A stretch of DNA of 64,000 bases, from NCBI RefSeq assembly GCF_009914755.1, contig NC_060925.1, one strand, 5' to 3'. This DNA is from the human T2T-CHM13v2.0 reference genome, Homo sapiens. The notes below the pieces were generated by a model. The model did not search any database and was not told where the DNA came from. It saw only the letters and a program-made list of their open reading frames with translations. This document shows positions 16,770-33,569 of the stretch, in pieces. A program made the translations under genes and the position numbers. Numbering within the stretch: the first letter of the stretch is position 1; every line of letters begins with the position of its first letter.

Positions 16770-17093
16770 AGGAAGAATCTGTTGGAAGGCTTCTGTACAG
16801 GTTCTCTTCCAAAATATAAAGAGATGCACTACCAGAAAGCCTCTCATCTTTTCATAGCACCATGTTGGCATGTGATGCTTAGATCTGAGCAGACTCCTGG
16901 TATTCTTTAGTAAAATCTAAGAGAGTCACAGAGCAACTGACCCAGAACCTTGACACTGTTGATCTGCTGAATTACCCAACCCCAGCTGCCTTCACTCTGA
17001 TTTCTTGTTATATAAGATAATAAATTCATATCGTTTAAGCCATTTTTTATTGGGTATTCCATTACACACGATCTGAAAGCCTCGTAACTAGTC
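16770..17093 (+). mobile_element. MLT1 (H/J-like) LTR fragment
   Basis: ttcttgttatataagataataaattc...gtttaagcca...ttgggtattcc 3' LTR signature. Confidence 0.6.
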
Positions 17094-17363
17094 CACTATA
17101 TTATAAATTCTGCAGACTCCTCTAATGTTCTCATCATAAACAAGTTCTTCACTGGCTGATTTTTACCCAGTATTGCTTCTCTCCACTTTATCATACTCCA
17201 GACCACTTATAGTCCTTTAAATATGGATGCAGCTTTGTGTCTTTGCTCAAGCGTTTTCTTGTTTTTGAACATACACCCTATCTTATATCAAACCTCTACT
17301 CCCTCAATTACACTTTGATTCCTCAGAAAATTCTGGTCACTCTTTAAGACACATATTCTCAAT

Positions 17364-20585
<3,222 letters not shown>

Positions 20586-20700
20586 AAAGACTTCCTTTAT
20601 CTGCAGTAATTAATTACATAATAATCTGTGTTCCATACTATACCCTGTATGTACTGCTGTCATATTTAAGTTATTCTTTTTTTGTTTACTACTTTACTAT

Positions 20701-20751
20701 TCTCTCTCTCTTTTTCTCTCTCTCTCTGTGTGTGTGTGTGTGTGTGTGTGT
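20701..20751. repeat. Compound (TC)n(TG)n microsatellite
   Basis: visible. Confidence 0.9.
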
Positions 20752-21143
20752 ATACGTGTACAAGCTTATTTTCTTGAGTTTATTAGTTTGGTGCCTGGCA
20801 CATAGAAAATACCCTATCGATGTATTTAATAATATTAGGAATTTTAATATGTGACGTCCCAATTCTTGACTTTAGGAACGTTTTTAAGGGCTTCATGTCA
20901 TATTTCATTTTGTGACACTTAAAAGGCCATCTTTGCAATACATATAAAGAGCTTCTCCCAAATCTTGCCACCATCCACATGAAGCTGAGTAGTTATTAAA
21001 TTTCACATTTTTGTTATTTTCTACCTTCTGTAGAAGCATCAGAAAGACTCAGCAATGAGCCACTGCCATTCCTCCCAGCCTGATCCAGCAGGGTTTTGAT
21101 TCCTGAAGAGCTAGCACTTTACCAGCCTTCAGCATTAAGACAC

Positions 21144-21144
<1 letters not shown>

Positions 21145-21187
<43 letters not shown>
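21145..21187. repeat. (TTA)n trinucleotide STR, about 14 units
   Basis: visible; produces the spurious poly-Ile ORFs. Confidence 0.95.
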
Positions 21188-21188
<1 letters not shown>

Positions 21189-21989
21189 TTAACTAAAGCC
21201 TGGGATCTTGAGTTTAAAAACATGTTTGGTGCAAAGTTTTGGAGTTCCAAAGGCCAAAGCTGTTGTATGAGGACAAGTTTAGTTTTGGGTTCTCCAGGTA
21301 ACAATGAATCAGGATTCTGCCTTACTCTCTCATGACACCCTGGGAAGGTGGTAGATCTCCAAAGGGAAATAGGCACTAGACACCTTGGCACCTACTGCCA
21401 GCCAAGAATCCCTAGGACCAACTTTGAAATGGGAACAACAGAGATCCAAGACTGGAAGCGACCATGCTGACTCAGGAAATTAGTGTTTGAAGGTGAATAG
21501 CATGGACTAAAAGCCAGGATGCTTGTCCTGAATATTCCAGATTGTGTCAGGCTCTCAAGGCCTGGGTACCACCTTGGGTAAGAAGAGAGCTCCAATAATG
21601 ACTGTAATTGAGGCAGGATAAAGGACTAAAGTAGATTAAATGATTGTACAGAAATTTAAAATGTGGCATTTTTTTTTATACCCCAAGTTGCTTAGTATGC
21701 CAGTTGTGCAGGAGAAAAATCGAGTTGATTGCAATATATACAAGCTCATATTGTCTTTCTGCTGCAAGTTTGCTTCAACTTATTGGTTTAATTGTAGTCC
21801 TGAAGGTATATATCTATGAGGTCATGATTCTCACCTTGAAGAGGTGAAGGATGAGTTCCCCTTTCCTGGAAAGTTTGTCATTCCTATTTGTATTTTCTGA
21901 TCCACCAGAAAATGTAAGCACAAAAACACAAAATTGTGTAAAAGCATCAGTAAAATGTGAGTGGTGGGATAGAGGAAATTTGCATTTAC

Positions 21990-22172
21990 TGTACAGCAAC
22001 TATATACCTGACACTTGAAATGCATTATCTTACTTAAATCTCAAAAAATTCTGCAATGCAGCTATTCATCATCACACCCACAGATGAAAAGCCTGGGGCT
22101 AAGATTAAAGAGCTTGTCAAAGGTCATTCACCTAGGAGGTGGTAGCAACAAATTTCTATCAGAGGCTGATGG
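21990..22172 (-). mobile_element. MIR SINE
   Basis: cagatgaaaagcctggggctaagattaaagagcttgtcaaaggtcat. Confidence 0.7.
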
Positions 22173-22509
22173 ATATATTCTTCTTCCAATACAAAAAGAA
22201 AAATGGAAACAAAAACAAAAAGAAGAAAAAAACTCTCTTGTGTGTAGAGAGTCTGAAATTCAGAGAAACGGCTTAGCAGTATGTCCTTTGGAATGAAATG
22301 AGGGAAGTTTGCAGTTTGTTGAACTTGACTCAGTATACTAAATCTTACATCATTCCTGGGATGCCATTTCTGATGGATTCACCATACACAGGTCATATAA
22401 TCCTCCAAATCTATTGTGTGTTGATTCTTCAAAAAAGCTGTTACTAATTTCTTTTCCGGCAAATTGTGATGCATGCACTTCTCATATGTAGTGTTAACAG
22501 AGAAGATAA

Positions 22510-22837
<328 letters not shown>

Positions 22838-23299
22838 TCAAACATTTAATCCTAACTAACTCAGCCTAGGTGTAAACCAATTCAAATGAATTAAAACTAA
22901 TTCAACAATCTATCTAAAAGATGCCCTTAAAGACACAATACAATAACCTACTTAAAAACAATTTGAAAAAATTAAGGAAACCTACATGTAGGATAGTGAT
23001 AACCTTCCTTACCAAGCCATTTCAATAATTTTTAAAAAGCAGACAGCTCTCAACTCAATAGGTCCATATATAAAATGGTGAACCCTTCCCAAGTGTCTAG
23101 CAAATGTACAAGTAGAAGAATTTTATGCAATTATGTTCAGGAAATATTAAACCTTAATTAATGTATTGGTGATTTCAATAATAAAATGCCCTCTGTCGTC
23201 TAAGAACAAATGGAAAGCATTAAACCAATGGCTAGATTTATGGCTAAATAAATTAAGCACATTGTCAAATTTGTCAGAGAAATCTTTCCACCTATATGT

Positions 23300-24500
23300 G
23301 CCCTTGGTTCTAGAGACCTCCCTCCCCGAACGCCAGTCATTCTGTCAATGATGCTCTGCACTCGTGCATTGTGACGATTGCAATACATTTAAATTATACA
23401 TGGGGCATTTTCCGGTGAGTTGTGCATCTGTAAAGTGACCAGAGGTACAGAATCCCCTAGTTTGCCTAATCTACTCACTTGTGTACATCTGTGCATGTGC
23501 TTCAGGGGTATTAGATTGGAGATTGGGTGGGAATATGGATGCCGGGGATGCTGAGTTTAATGGAGGAGAGAAGCAGCTGCATTGAAACATAGGAATAACA
23601 AAGAGCCAAAAAAAAAAAAAGATTTTTTTTCTTATGAATATATTTAACGTGTTAAACAGATTCTGGCAATTTCCTGATGGCTCCAAAAGAAGCCTGAACT
23701 GAGATTTTCACAGACAGTGTTCCAGGCCCTGAATACTGTACCTCGTGTATTGAATCACATCTGCTACAGAGAGGAAGCAATGAATAATTAACTCGGCCTC
23801 CACATTACTGCCATAGATTACAGTCATCTTGACTGCTGGACTACCCTGCACAACATAAACCATTTAGAAAACTCGGTTACTCTCTTTCCTTTTAAATTTG
23901 TCTTGCTAACACTTACTGCTTAAAAGGGTAAATCTTTCTCTAGTTTTAATTAAAGCATTTAAAATAATTTACATTGAAATCATATGTGCTTGGGTCTGTC
24001 AGAATTGATGCTTTAATAACATGCCATCCCTTTCTCCATTGCCCTGAAATCTGTTAAAATTACCACTAATCTAATTGGGAACAAAGTTGTCAAATGCATG
24101 CAGCTCTGACAGTTTGTCTTTCTGCAAACTGCCGACAGATTGCAAGTTACGCATGTGTTGAGCAGATGGGTAAGTTAAAAGGAACACCAAAAAAAAAAAA
24201 AAAGCAATTTATTAAATCACCTGGAACCAGCAGCTTCGGTCCAAAAATAGTGAGAATGAAATATAGCAGGAGCTGGGAGTGCTGGCACTAGAATATACCA
24301 GAAGGTACCGGTTACAAAACAAGATAAACATTTGGAGATGCCTCAGCTGTGTTACAGAATAATGAGGAGTTATTTAACCCGATATAGATTACCAGCCAAA
24401 ATTAATTTAGGGTGCAGCTTTTTTGGAAAATGGTTTGCAAAGTGATTGCCTTAACCCTTTCCTGTCTTCTCGTTATCACAGGAAGACAGGCATATTTTTC
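23300..24500. promoter_or_regulatory. Repeat-free island, candidate enhancer/conserved non-coding element
   Basis: no recognisable repeat over ~1.2 kb; clustered TGACAG/CTGTCA and TAAT motifs; conservation not testable here. Confidence 0.35.
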
Positions 24501-24524
24501 TCCTTCTTTCGTTCTCAAAGGCAT

Positions 24525-24760
24525 CAATACATATTCACATACATATATGAACCTACACCTTTGCACACATAACACACTGGCATACATATGCACACATATT
24601 CATACTCGTATACACATGAATGCATGCACATCTGTGACACTAATATGTATGTGCACACATGTATGTAAATACATATTATCTCGTATATAGGTAAACAACC
24701 ATGAGATATATATGTACATAAATATTCGTATCTATTTATCCATCTACCTATTTACCTATC
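24525..24760. repeat. Degenerate (CA/TA)-rich low-complexity tract
   Basis: alternating purine-pyrimidine cacata/tacata units. Confidence 0.75.
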
Positions 24761-25022
24761 TATGATTATATTCATGAGAGATTGTTTTGTTTTCCATCAT
24801 CTGAAGCAAGGTTCTGAGTAAGCCATGCATGCATGGGTTACCCAGCCTATAGCTGCTGTTATCATAATTGCTCTCTCGTGTTCCATTAGTAAACTGTCCA
24901 GGCAGGAGGTAGGGAAAAGCCAAGGTAAGCATGGGGTAGGAGGAGAGTGAGAAGAACAGGAGCTGAAGCCTGAGAGCCTCTCTCATGGGTCTCCACTGCT
25001 ACGCCATGTGATCAGAACTTTT

Positions 25023-25132
25023 TGTTTTATTTTCCTTTTATTTTTGAGACAAAATCTCTCTCTCTGTCAACCACAATGGAGTGCGGTGGCACGATCATAG
25101 CTCACAGCAGCCTCTAACCCCTGGGCTCAAGC
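25023..25132 (-). mobile_element. 5'-truncated AluJ-type fragment (~110 bp)
   Basis: tttgagaca...gagtgcggtggcacgatcatagctcac...ctgggctcaagc; TSD TGATC(A/G)GAACTTTT at 25009-25022 and 25133-25146. Confidence 0.88.
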
Positions 25133-25519
25133 TGATCGGAACTTTTGAGAGGTGTTCTTTAAAAACTTACTTGCAAGGAGCCAATAAACCTTAAGACCCA
25201 AGAAATAAGAACAAAGAAGACATGTTTTAACTAATATTTCTCTCACTTAGGTGACTTGGGTCTGTAAGAAATCATCAATTTAAGTTTTAAAGTGCAATAA
25301 GTCTGAAATCAAGATATTTTCTGTCTCTACTAGGAGCCAGAGGCCCAGCAATTTAACTCTCTTTCTCTTCCTAGAACAGGCCAACACAATTACTTCAAGG
25401 AGAATCTCTTGCTGGAAATTTAGGTGATCAGTGATGAAGAGCCAAGAACTGAGTGTGTTCCCAGGTCCCCAAGAGGAATGCAGTGGAATTCAGATATTAA
25501 ATATTGGTGTTTTTGGCTC

Positions 25520-26850
25520 GCTCCCCTTATCGCTTTACTTGCATCTCCTGGGGATGTCATCCACTTTCATAGTTTTGGCTGCCTTATAGTCTAATGGCTT
25601 GCAAATCTGTATCTCTTGCCTTGGTTTTTCTCACTTGGAGTCAGATTCTGATATCCAAATACCGGTGACAAATCACCATGTAAACATTCCTCAGGCCTCT
25701 CAAGTTCCATGAGTTCAAAACAGAATTCCTCAATTCTTTCACAAACTTGCTTCTATTCCTGTGTTCACCATGTTATTTGTTCATATTGCTTGGCACTTTA
25801 TCATTCACACTAGAAAAATAATCTATGAAATCAGAGAATAATCCTTAAATCACCTCTGTTATCCACTAGCCATAGCCACTCACCAAATTCCACCAGTTTT
25901 GACATCCAAATGTTCCCATAAATCTGTTCTTTCCCACTCTTTCTCTAATAGAACATCTCTGGCTTAGGCTTTCTTCATCTCTTGTGTGGCTATCAGGTTA
26001 GGTCTTCCTTTCCAGAATTTCATATCTCCTATGATCAATTTCCACATAGCTGCAAGGGTGGCTCATATAAATTCAAACCAGACCATGTTCCTTTCCTGCT
26101 GGCTCTGCTGGACTTTCTATGTTGCCCCAGCCTATCTGCTTTCTACCTTTCTCTTCTGTCACCCGAGGCTGAGAGAGAGGCAAACTCTATTTCTCCCATC
26201 CTGTCCTTGTCAGGCCACAAATGGACACTGACTGCATTTTTCTCCTGAAGGCCACAGCTCCTGTTGTGTTACTTTCTTCATCTATAGCTTTGGCTGGAGC
26301 TGTCTCCAGATTCTAGTAAGTTCTTTATCCCTTTGTCCTTTAAAGCCAAGGGAGGTATTATCTCTTCTCTGTTGCTAGCCCTAGGATGCTTTCCTAGGTC
26401 TTGTTAGTTTCCCTTTAGCCCTGCCCATTCCTTTGTAAACAGTCCCTTCATTACAATTTCCTCAATTACATTTTTGTAGGTGCCATCTGTTTCCTCCCAA
26501 GGTCCCAACTGATGCATCCCGCCATTGCCAAAAGGATGAAAATTTCAAATTCATTACATGGCAAAAAAGCCTCTTTAAAATCTAGCCCTTGCCAAATTCT
26601 CCAGTCTCTCGGCCCCTGCCCTCACAGGCTCACGTGTTTAGGCTCCCCACATACACCATTACTGTTTCACACCTCTCTGGTTTTCCCCTGCCCTTTGCTT
26701 GAAATGTCCTCTCAGCCCCCCAGGTCCTTGCCCCACTCTCAGCTTCGTACTCTTTCTGGCTCTTACATCTTTTCCCTTAATTAAAGATGCAACTTAGGCA
26801 TCACTTTCTCCAGAAAGTCTTCCCTGAACCTCTAGTATTCCCACCTTCAT
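25520..26850 (+). mobile_element. L2 LINE fragment interrupted by an LTR33-like element
   Basis: caaatctgtatctc, ctcaagttccatgagttcaaaacagaattcct, ggcatcactttctccagaaagtcttccctga. Confidence 0.7.
26092..26516 (+). mobile_element. LTR33-like ERVL solo LTR
   Basis: cctttgtaaacagtcccttcatta...gtgccatctgtttcct...actgatgca 3' end. Confidence 0.7.
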
Positions 26851-26950
26851 CCACAGTCAAAGTTTTAATAGACTCACAATGAATATTACATATTCAAGGC
26901 TCTGGGAATTTGCTTGGTAAGGTATCTGACCTCTTAAATTAATTTCCAGA

Positions 26951-27149
26951 TTCTTTCTTTCGTTCTTTCTTTTGTTCTTTCTTTCTTTCTTCTTTCTTCT
27001 TTTTTTTTCTTTCTTTCTTTCTTCTTTTCTTTCTTCATTTCTTTCCTTTCTCCTTCCTTCCTTCTTTCCTTTCTTCCTCTTTTTCTTTCCTCCCATTCTT
27101 CTTTCCTTTCTTCCTTTCTGCCTCCCTACCTTCCTTTCTTTCTTTCTTT
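26951..27149. repeat. Polypyrimidine (TTTC/TTCC)n low-complexity tract, ~200 bp
   Basis: almost pure C/T on the + strand. Confidence 0.95.
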
Positions 27150-27159
27150 GTTAAATTTA

Positions 27160-27345
27160 CTGATTATCTCATTTAATCCTGATGGCAATCTTATAAGTTA
27201 AATCCTATTATTATGCTGTTTTTAATTAAAGAAAGATAAACTTAAGAAATTCAAATGTCCTATTGAATGGCAAACAGCTAGCAAGTTAAGGCGCTAAGAC
27301 TTCAATGCAAAGTTTTACTGTAGAGTCTGTACCCTTAATGATAAT
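27160..27345 (-). mobile_element. MIR SINE (degenerate)
   Basis: tatctcatttaatcctgatggcaatcttataag...tattattatg. Confidence 0.6.
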
Positions 27346-28146
27346 ATTAAAGGCAAGATTTGGTTATGTCTGGGTGTTACTTACAGCATATGTGTGAATA
27401 AGTATATACAATCCTTGCTTATAAATAGTAAGAACTATATAAGGTTTATCAAAGATAGAGAGCCAGCCAATATATGTTAATTTAATAGATAAATGTAGCA
27501 TTCTGCTTGCAAGCTAGGGATAATTTTAGGAGCCCTCGGTGTGGTATTTAAGATACCACAAGTTAATAATATTTGCTCAATTTTTCATTTTCAAGATGGC
27601 AGTTTCTCACACACAACTTGGGAGTAAAATAAATATGAAGGTCCCCAAAATAAGTATTAGAGAAAGATAGAAATAGTAACTACGTATTTTTTAACAAAAC
27701 TCAAATATTTTGAACAGTATGTTCCTAGCCTGGGAGCTTCAGTTGTCCATAGAGAGAAAGGCAAATTCACAGGCAAAATATGCAACTATTCTGAGACCTT
27801 TGTAGAACAAAGATCTCCCGTTGCTGTGATGATTATCATCATCAACTAAGCAGACAAGTTTTGATAGAATGCACAGCAGCTACTGAGGAAAGAAGGGGGA
27901 CCAACTCGGCAAGTTAGATTCATGGTTCAAATCCTCAACACATTGATAGACGTCATGGCCATACATTATAATTTACTAATATCTTAACTACCAAATAAGA
28001 GGAACAGTACAAAAGTACTTATGTAAGCTGAAATGCAAAACGCAATTGGAAGGCTTCATTATATTTGCCCATTAGGGTAATATGCAGTTAAAAGACTATA
28101 TCAAAGCTATATTATCCCCCATGTATCCACTCACAAATGCAATCTC

Positions 28147-28670
28147 CAGTGGTTCCCGAGCAAAGTATACATCAGGATCACCAGAGAGACTCTTTAAAAA
28201 CACATACATTTGTAATTCAAACCAGAAGATTCTGATTCAAGAGTTCTGAATGAGCACTGGCTTTTATATACTGGAAAATCTCTCTAGATGAATCTAATAT
28301 CTACCCATTTATTACGTAGAGTAGGCTAGGTTGTGCTGCAGTAACAAAAACAAACCCACCAAAATATCAATGACTTAACACAACACAAGTTTATTTTTCT
28401 CTCATGCCACATGGATTTTTCATCAAGTTACATCCTACTATGACCATAACAGCAGTGGGAAGAAGATGGATCAAACACTGCACTGGATCTTATAGCTTCT
28501 GCCTGGAAGTGCCACTTCTCTCATTCCATTGGCCAAAGCAAGCCACATGGCACATTTAACTTAAAAGTGGTAGGGAATTCTTAATTCCACCATCTGCCTG
28601 GAATGAGGGAGACCTGGAAATATTTGTGAGCAACACTAATGGAGGCCAAAATCTCTGATTAAGAACCATG
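28147..28670. mobile_element. MER5-like hAT element split by an MLT1K-like LTR (~28307-28650)
   Basis: cagtggttc...catcaggatcacc...ccagaagattctgattca; taggctaggttgtgctgcagtaacaaa LTR start; ends ttaagaacca. Confidence 0.65.
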
Positions 28671-29639
28671 AGTTATGATCAGTTTCTCAAAGTATTTCAA
28701 GTAATTTAACCTACTTCTGCTGCCACACATTCTTCTCTTCTTTTTAACCTTTTGTCAGAAATTTTCAAAATACAAAAATGTCTTTAATAATAACTTAGGT
28801 TTTGTGATTTATTTGATGGCAGTTTTTAAAAAGATGTTTTTAATCCTACTTAGAAACAGTCCACTTTCATGATTTGTTGCAATTTTCTTTCCCTGGTTAA
28901 TTAAACTCATTTCTTAGGAAATGACTCATGGCGAATCACACTAAGAATAAAATTAGTCACATTGCCCTCTTTGTTATAAGATGAGTGTAAATAATCTTTA
29001 AGGAAATTTTTCTTAAATCAAAAAAGCATGTAATAGTCCCCAATTCAGTAACATTATGTAAAATAGCAGACTCAGAGAGTAGTAAATCCAGATGCTGTCC
29101 TATTATTGCATGAAACAAGGCAGAAATTTGTGTTCCTTTATTGTTAAACCAGGCTCTATCCATTGAATTTCTTTATGTAAATACTCTTTTGGAGGGTTAA
29201 AGTACCATTACAAAAATTCCTAGACTAAAACCTGTTGTATGGTTTCTTTGACCACTGGAGAGATATAAAACCATTACATTTAAGTATCATAATAGCTAGC
29301 ATATGTTATTTCTTAGAAATGACACTACCATCTGGATTAAGGTCTACTGATGATTTCATACAATACTCCAGTTTTCTTCGGGTAGAGAGAGGCCAAACTG
29401 TTTTGACTTTAACTACCCTTTTGTTCTAATGAAAATAATAAAAGGTTACACTTATGTCTGACCTACTTGCTGGAGATCACATACTGCCTTATTAATAAAT
29501 AATATAATTATTATAGTAGCTGAAAATGCAGAAGGCAAGCCAGTTGCTTGTGTTAATAATGTGAGTTGGGGCCCAAATCCATCGTCCAATATTATCCATT
29601 TCTAACCAAACAGATCATGCGATTTCCCTGGTTGCCAGA

Positions 29640-29830
29640 AGCACGTTCTGTAGTGAAAAGTCCACCTGCCTTGTGTTCAAATCTTGCCTCTGCTGTGTGC
29701 TAATTGTCAGACATTGGGCGTGTTTCTGAATCTCTGAACCTCAATTTCCTCAGCTACAAAATGAGAATAATTATATCTATGGTAAGTTTGTTAAGAAGCT
29801 TAAGGATTATGACTATAAAAATCTCTAGTA
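29640..29830 (+). mobile_element. MIR SINE
   Basis: gttcaaatcttgcctctgc...tctctgaacctcaatttcctcagctacaaaatgagaataat. Confidence 0.8.
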
Positions 29831-30972
29831 AATTACCACTTTCCCAACGTAACAGGTTAGAAAAATCAGAGTCACTATTATTCCTAAGTTTTTTTTATCT
29901 GCATGGTCATCTTTATTTCCTTCAACCTGTGCAAAGAGAAGCAAGACAAGATTAAAAGCAAAAGTATGGTCAGAATGTGAAATAAGTCAAATTGGAAATG
30001 TGATAAGCAAAGACCGTATTGCACATTATGTATCTATTCCTGGAATAGCTTTCTAACGTGGTGGAATCACTAGACAATAAAAATACACTCCTGTGTATAA
30101 TGTGATAGCGGTATTTGTTCATTTGCATGTAAGCCACCCTCATGGCTGGCTATCTTTAAAGGTCATTTGGTGAACTCTCACCGAAAAAAAAAAGTGTAAT
30201 CTCTTTTACTCACTGAAGTCATGAAATACATGAATGAGTGAAATACATACACTGAAGTCATGAAATACATGGGGGGTTGTGGTGGAAAACATAGAAGGGT
30301 GGAGGAAGGGGACCCTCTCACCTGACTGCCTCCTCACTGGCCCCTTGGCTACTGTCACGCACACAGCAAACCCTCTGGGCCAATCCATCTGACTGGCTGT
30401 GCAGGGAATGGGGCAGCCTGGATAATTGATGGGCTCAATCTGACCAGGCACAGGTGGCACAGAGACGGCGTACAGCAGCTTCTCGGGTTTGCCAGTGCCA
30501 TCTGTTGCCATAAAAACATCTGTCGTCAAGGTCACCCTGTCACCCTCTGTTAAAGTTACAGGTTTGGTGAGTAGGATAATGTCACCTAAGAAGAAGGGTT
30601 ATGTATGCTGGGGGCTGGGAGAAAAGAGAAAGGGAGACCAAGATACACAATGACAACAGGAAATCTTTCTTTTATTTTAATTTTGAAAGATAAATAATAA
30701 TAATAGAATTACTGAATTGAAAAATTAGAAAAAGTGCACATGTTTTTAAAGGAGAACCTTATAAAAGGCTTGCAAGATTATTGTCATTGTTCACTCTAGC
30801 CAAAACATTAGCTCATTTTAAAGAATAATAGCATTTTTATCAAAGACATGACATGTATTTGTAAAGGAAATATGATATTTACTTGTAAAAACAAGCACTT
30901 TCCTTTCTGCTTGCTAACTTTAAAAACCATTTTTTGGTATGATCCTTTTGTATAAGTACATTTAACTAAGCA

Positions 30973-30974
<2 letters not shown>

Positions 30975-31009
<35 letters not shown>
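30975..31009. repeat. (TG)17 microsatellite
   Basis: perfect TG run. Confidence 0.95.
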
Positions 31010-31010
<1 letters not shown>

Positions 31011-32459
31011 TGCATTCACAGCATGTTCAGGGAGGGAGTAGAATGGAAGGGATGGAAGGGGGCATTGCATTTATCAAAGTATTTAACTGGCATTTGAGCT
31101 TTGCTCTGCTGCCAGAAAGAATGACCCATTTGTTAATAAAGAACAATTAAGTTAATAGACTCAAATGATCTGGTGGACAAAGTACTGTAATGAAGCAAAT
31201 GCAATATTGGATTTTTAAGCAGCAAGTATTACATGTGGCCGGACTTCCAGCAGCAATGGCTCATCTTTCCCTGTCTGTGTTTGTTGCTGAGGCGTTTTAA
31301 AGCAATTTCACCCAGTGGCAAAGAAACATCCTTCCCATCTGTTTAAGAAGTGCGGCTTTACTTATCGGACAAATATTGCTGGCACCATGGGCTTTCAGGG
31401 ACTTACTGATTATCATTGAATGGTGAGATGAGAAGGGGAAGATAATCTGCTGGATTTTGTAAAACACACTCACATCTGCCCACATCAAACCTAAAGAGTA
31501 CTACATTAGGACAATACAGTTTCTCAGCAGAAGGGAAGGTCAGGGAAGGAGTAGACAAAACAGCAGATGAATATGCTTTGTTTCATCTGTACCTGCAGCC
31601 TGGTCACCAAACACCATGCAGAACATTAAAGTGGAGCTCTTGGGAAAAAAAAGCAAAATATTTATGGCCAACTGTAATTTTAATGTTGTTAAATGTGTGG
31701 AGGGTATATAGAATTTAGTTTGTTCCCTGATTCAATAGTTTAATGTTTTGGTAGTATAAATATGATGATTATCTGGCAGCAATTTCCTCTAATTTGGGCC
31801 ACTATGAGGATCACCTTTTCCTGAACCTCTGGTCCCAGTCTGATAAGACAAGTAATGTAAGTAAAGACCAAAAACTTAATTCAAGTAAAGGGTTATAAAC
31901 ATTGGTTTCTATGCTCTGGATTTCAAATTATTTAGTGACATACATTTAAATCCATATTCCAAATGGAACAAAGGATTATTTCAATTATTTGGCTTCATAT
32001 GGTTCACAAAAATTAACTTTCCTTGTAGTCGTTTCTTTTTGATTCCAAAGCATATTAATATTATCACATTAATTTCAAGAGGACTTTCATAACTATAATG
32101 CAGTTGATAAACAACTGGACTTGGACTGCTAACTGAGTATATGGCCCTAGGAAAGTCACTTAATATCTCAAAAATTCTGCCACAAACTTCCCATCCAATT
32201 CTGGATTCCTTAAGTACAACTTATTTGCATGTGTCTTCCTCCTTCTAGTTCATAAAATCAAGTCACTCTCCTAGTTTTCTCATTTGATTCCAGTATCTTA
32301 GCTCATTCTTCTCTTGCCAGCTTTATGCCCTAGTTCTGTATCCTGTGTTTGACATTTGTCTCTGGTCCCTCCAGATTTGTCAGTCTTAGCAATTGACAGA
32401 CTTTGCACCTTGTTAATATAGCTCATAGGGGAAACAATTGAGCATCTTCTTTTGGGACA

Positions 32460-32650
32460 TGGGCTTTGAAGTTACTGTGAGCAGTTGGCCACTTAACCTG
32501 AGTGACCTTAGGGAAGTTTTTTTAACCTTCTCAAGACTCAGACTGCTCATCTGTAAAATAGAATTTAAAATGATAATTATCATATAGAATTCTTGAGGAT
32601 TAAATGCCTGACATACAGCAAGTGACATATCAATGATTTATGTTAATATT
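32460..32650 (+). mobile_element. MIR SINE
   Basis: gtgaccttagggaag...ttaaccttctc...ctcatctgtaaaatag...gaggattaaatg. Confidence 0.75.
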
Positions 32651-33569
32651 ACCAATCATTAGCTTAAAATATTATCCAAAACTGAATGTTGTTATTTATT
32701 GAATATAAATATTTTCAACTCCTGGCTTAATCCTGGAAACTTCACCTCATGTGGTTCCTTACCCCAGCTGAAAGTCAGGCTAAGCTTGGGTCCCTAATAC
32801 ATTGTGGTTGATTTAAATAAATATCTCCTCTGATCTCTAAGCCTGGAAAATGTGGGGAGAATTTTCTATGGGTGTTTCTGGGTCTGTACTAGAGTGCCCA
32901 AAGGCCTTCACAGAAGTAACATGCTTCACTGTGAAAGGATAAGACTACAAAACAGAAACACTTTTCCCACCAAAGCTGCCTTCTCTTAACTGCTTGGCTT
33001 CTGTGTAATAAATAGACCATTTGAAATATTGTTCTATAGTTAACACATTTGAAACCTGCTGGATATGGTAGTCCCCAAGATCAGCATTAATATTGTAACT
33101 CCTAGACTATGATTAAATATATTCACGCTAACCTATCAGAGGAAGCAATAGAATTAAAACATAATTTATTATTTTCCTTGATGATTTAAGGAGTTCATTA
33201 TAAACACAGGAGTTCTGAAGTGCTGTGAGAAGATAACTTTAGGGTACTCCGGGCTCTTTTGTTTTTCCTATAGCAAACAACCTCAGACTGTATATGTCTT
33301 TGAATGCTCATGTCATTCAGATGTGTGTTTCTCTTTTGCCAACTTTCTGGCCTCTTTTAATTTGCTGCTTCTAGTGTACTGTTAGAAAGACACTAAGTAA
33401 TAAAACTTGTTAGTTCTATGTGAAAACTGAGAGTGATAATACCATGAGTGAGAACATCAAGAACTATACTTAGTAAGACACTTACATGGATTTTGTCAAT
33501 TGGCTTCTCAGTGGCTTTACTTAATGGTCTCATTTTCTGGATTTGGGCTTTGTTCTCTATAGGAAAGAT

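Noticed and set aside
21096-21391. Poly-Ile ORFs on both strands
   Set aside because: Artefact of the (TTA)n microsatellite.
25230-25430. Possible splice acceptors (tttctctcacttag, tctctttctcttcctag) of a small exon
   Set aside because: No convincing donor, coding signal or transcript evidence; such motifs are common by chance.
26857-27154. Lys/Arg/Glu-rich and Phe/Leu/Ser-rich ORFs
   Set aside because: Translation of the polypyrimidine low-complexity tract.
30211-30271. CRISPR-like repeat-spacer unit
   Set aside because: Only two repeats, eukaryotic context, and the spacer derives from the repeat itself.
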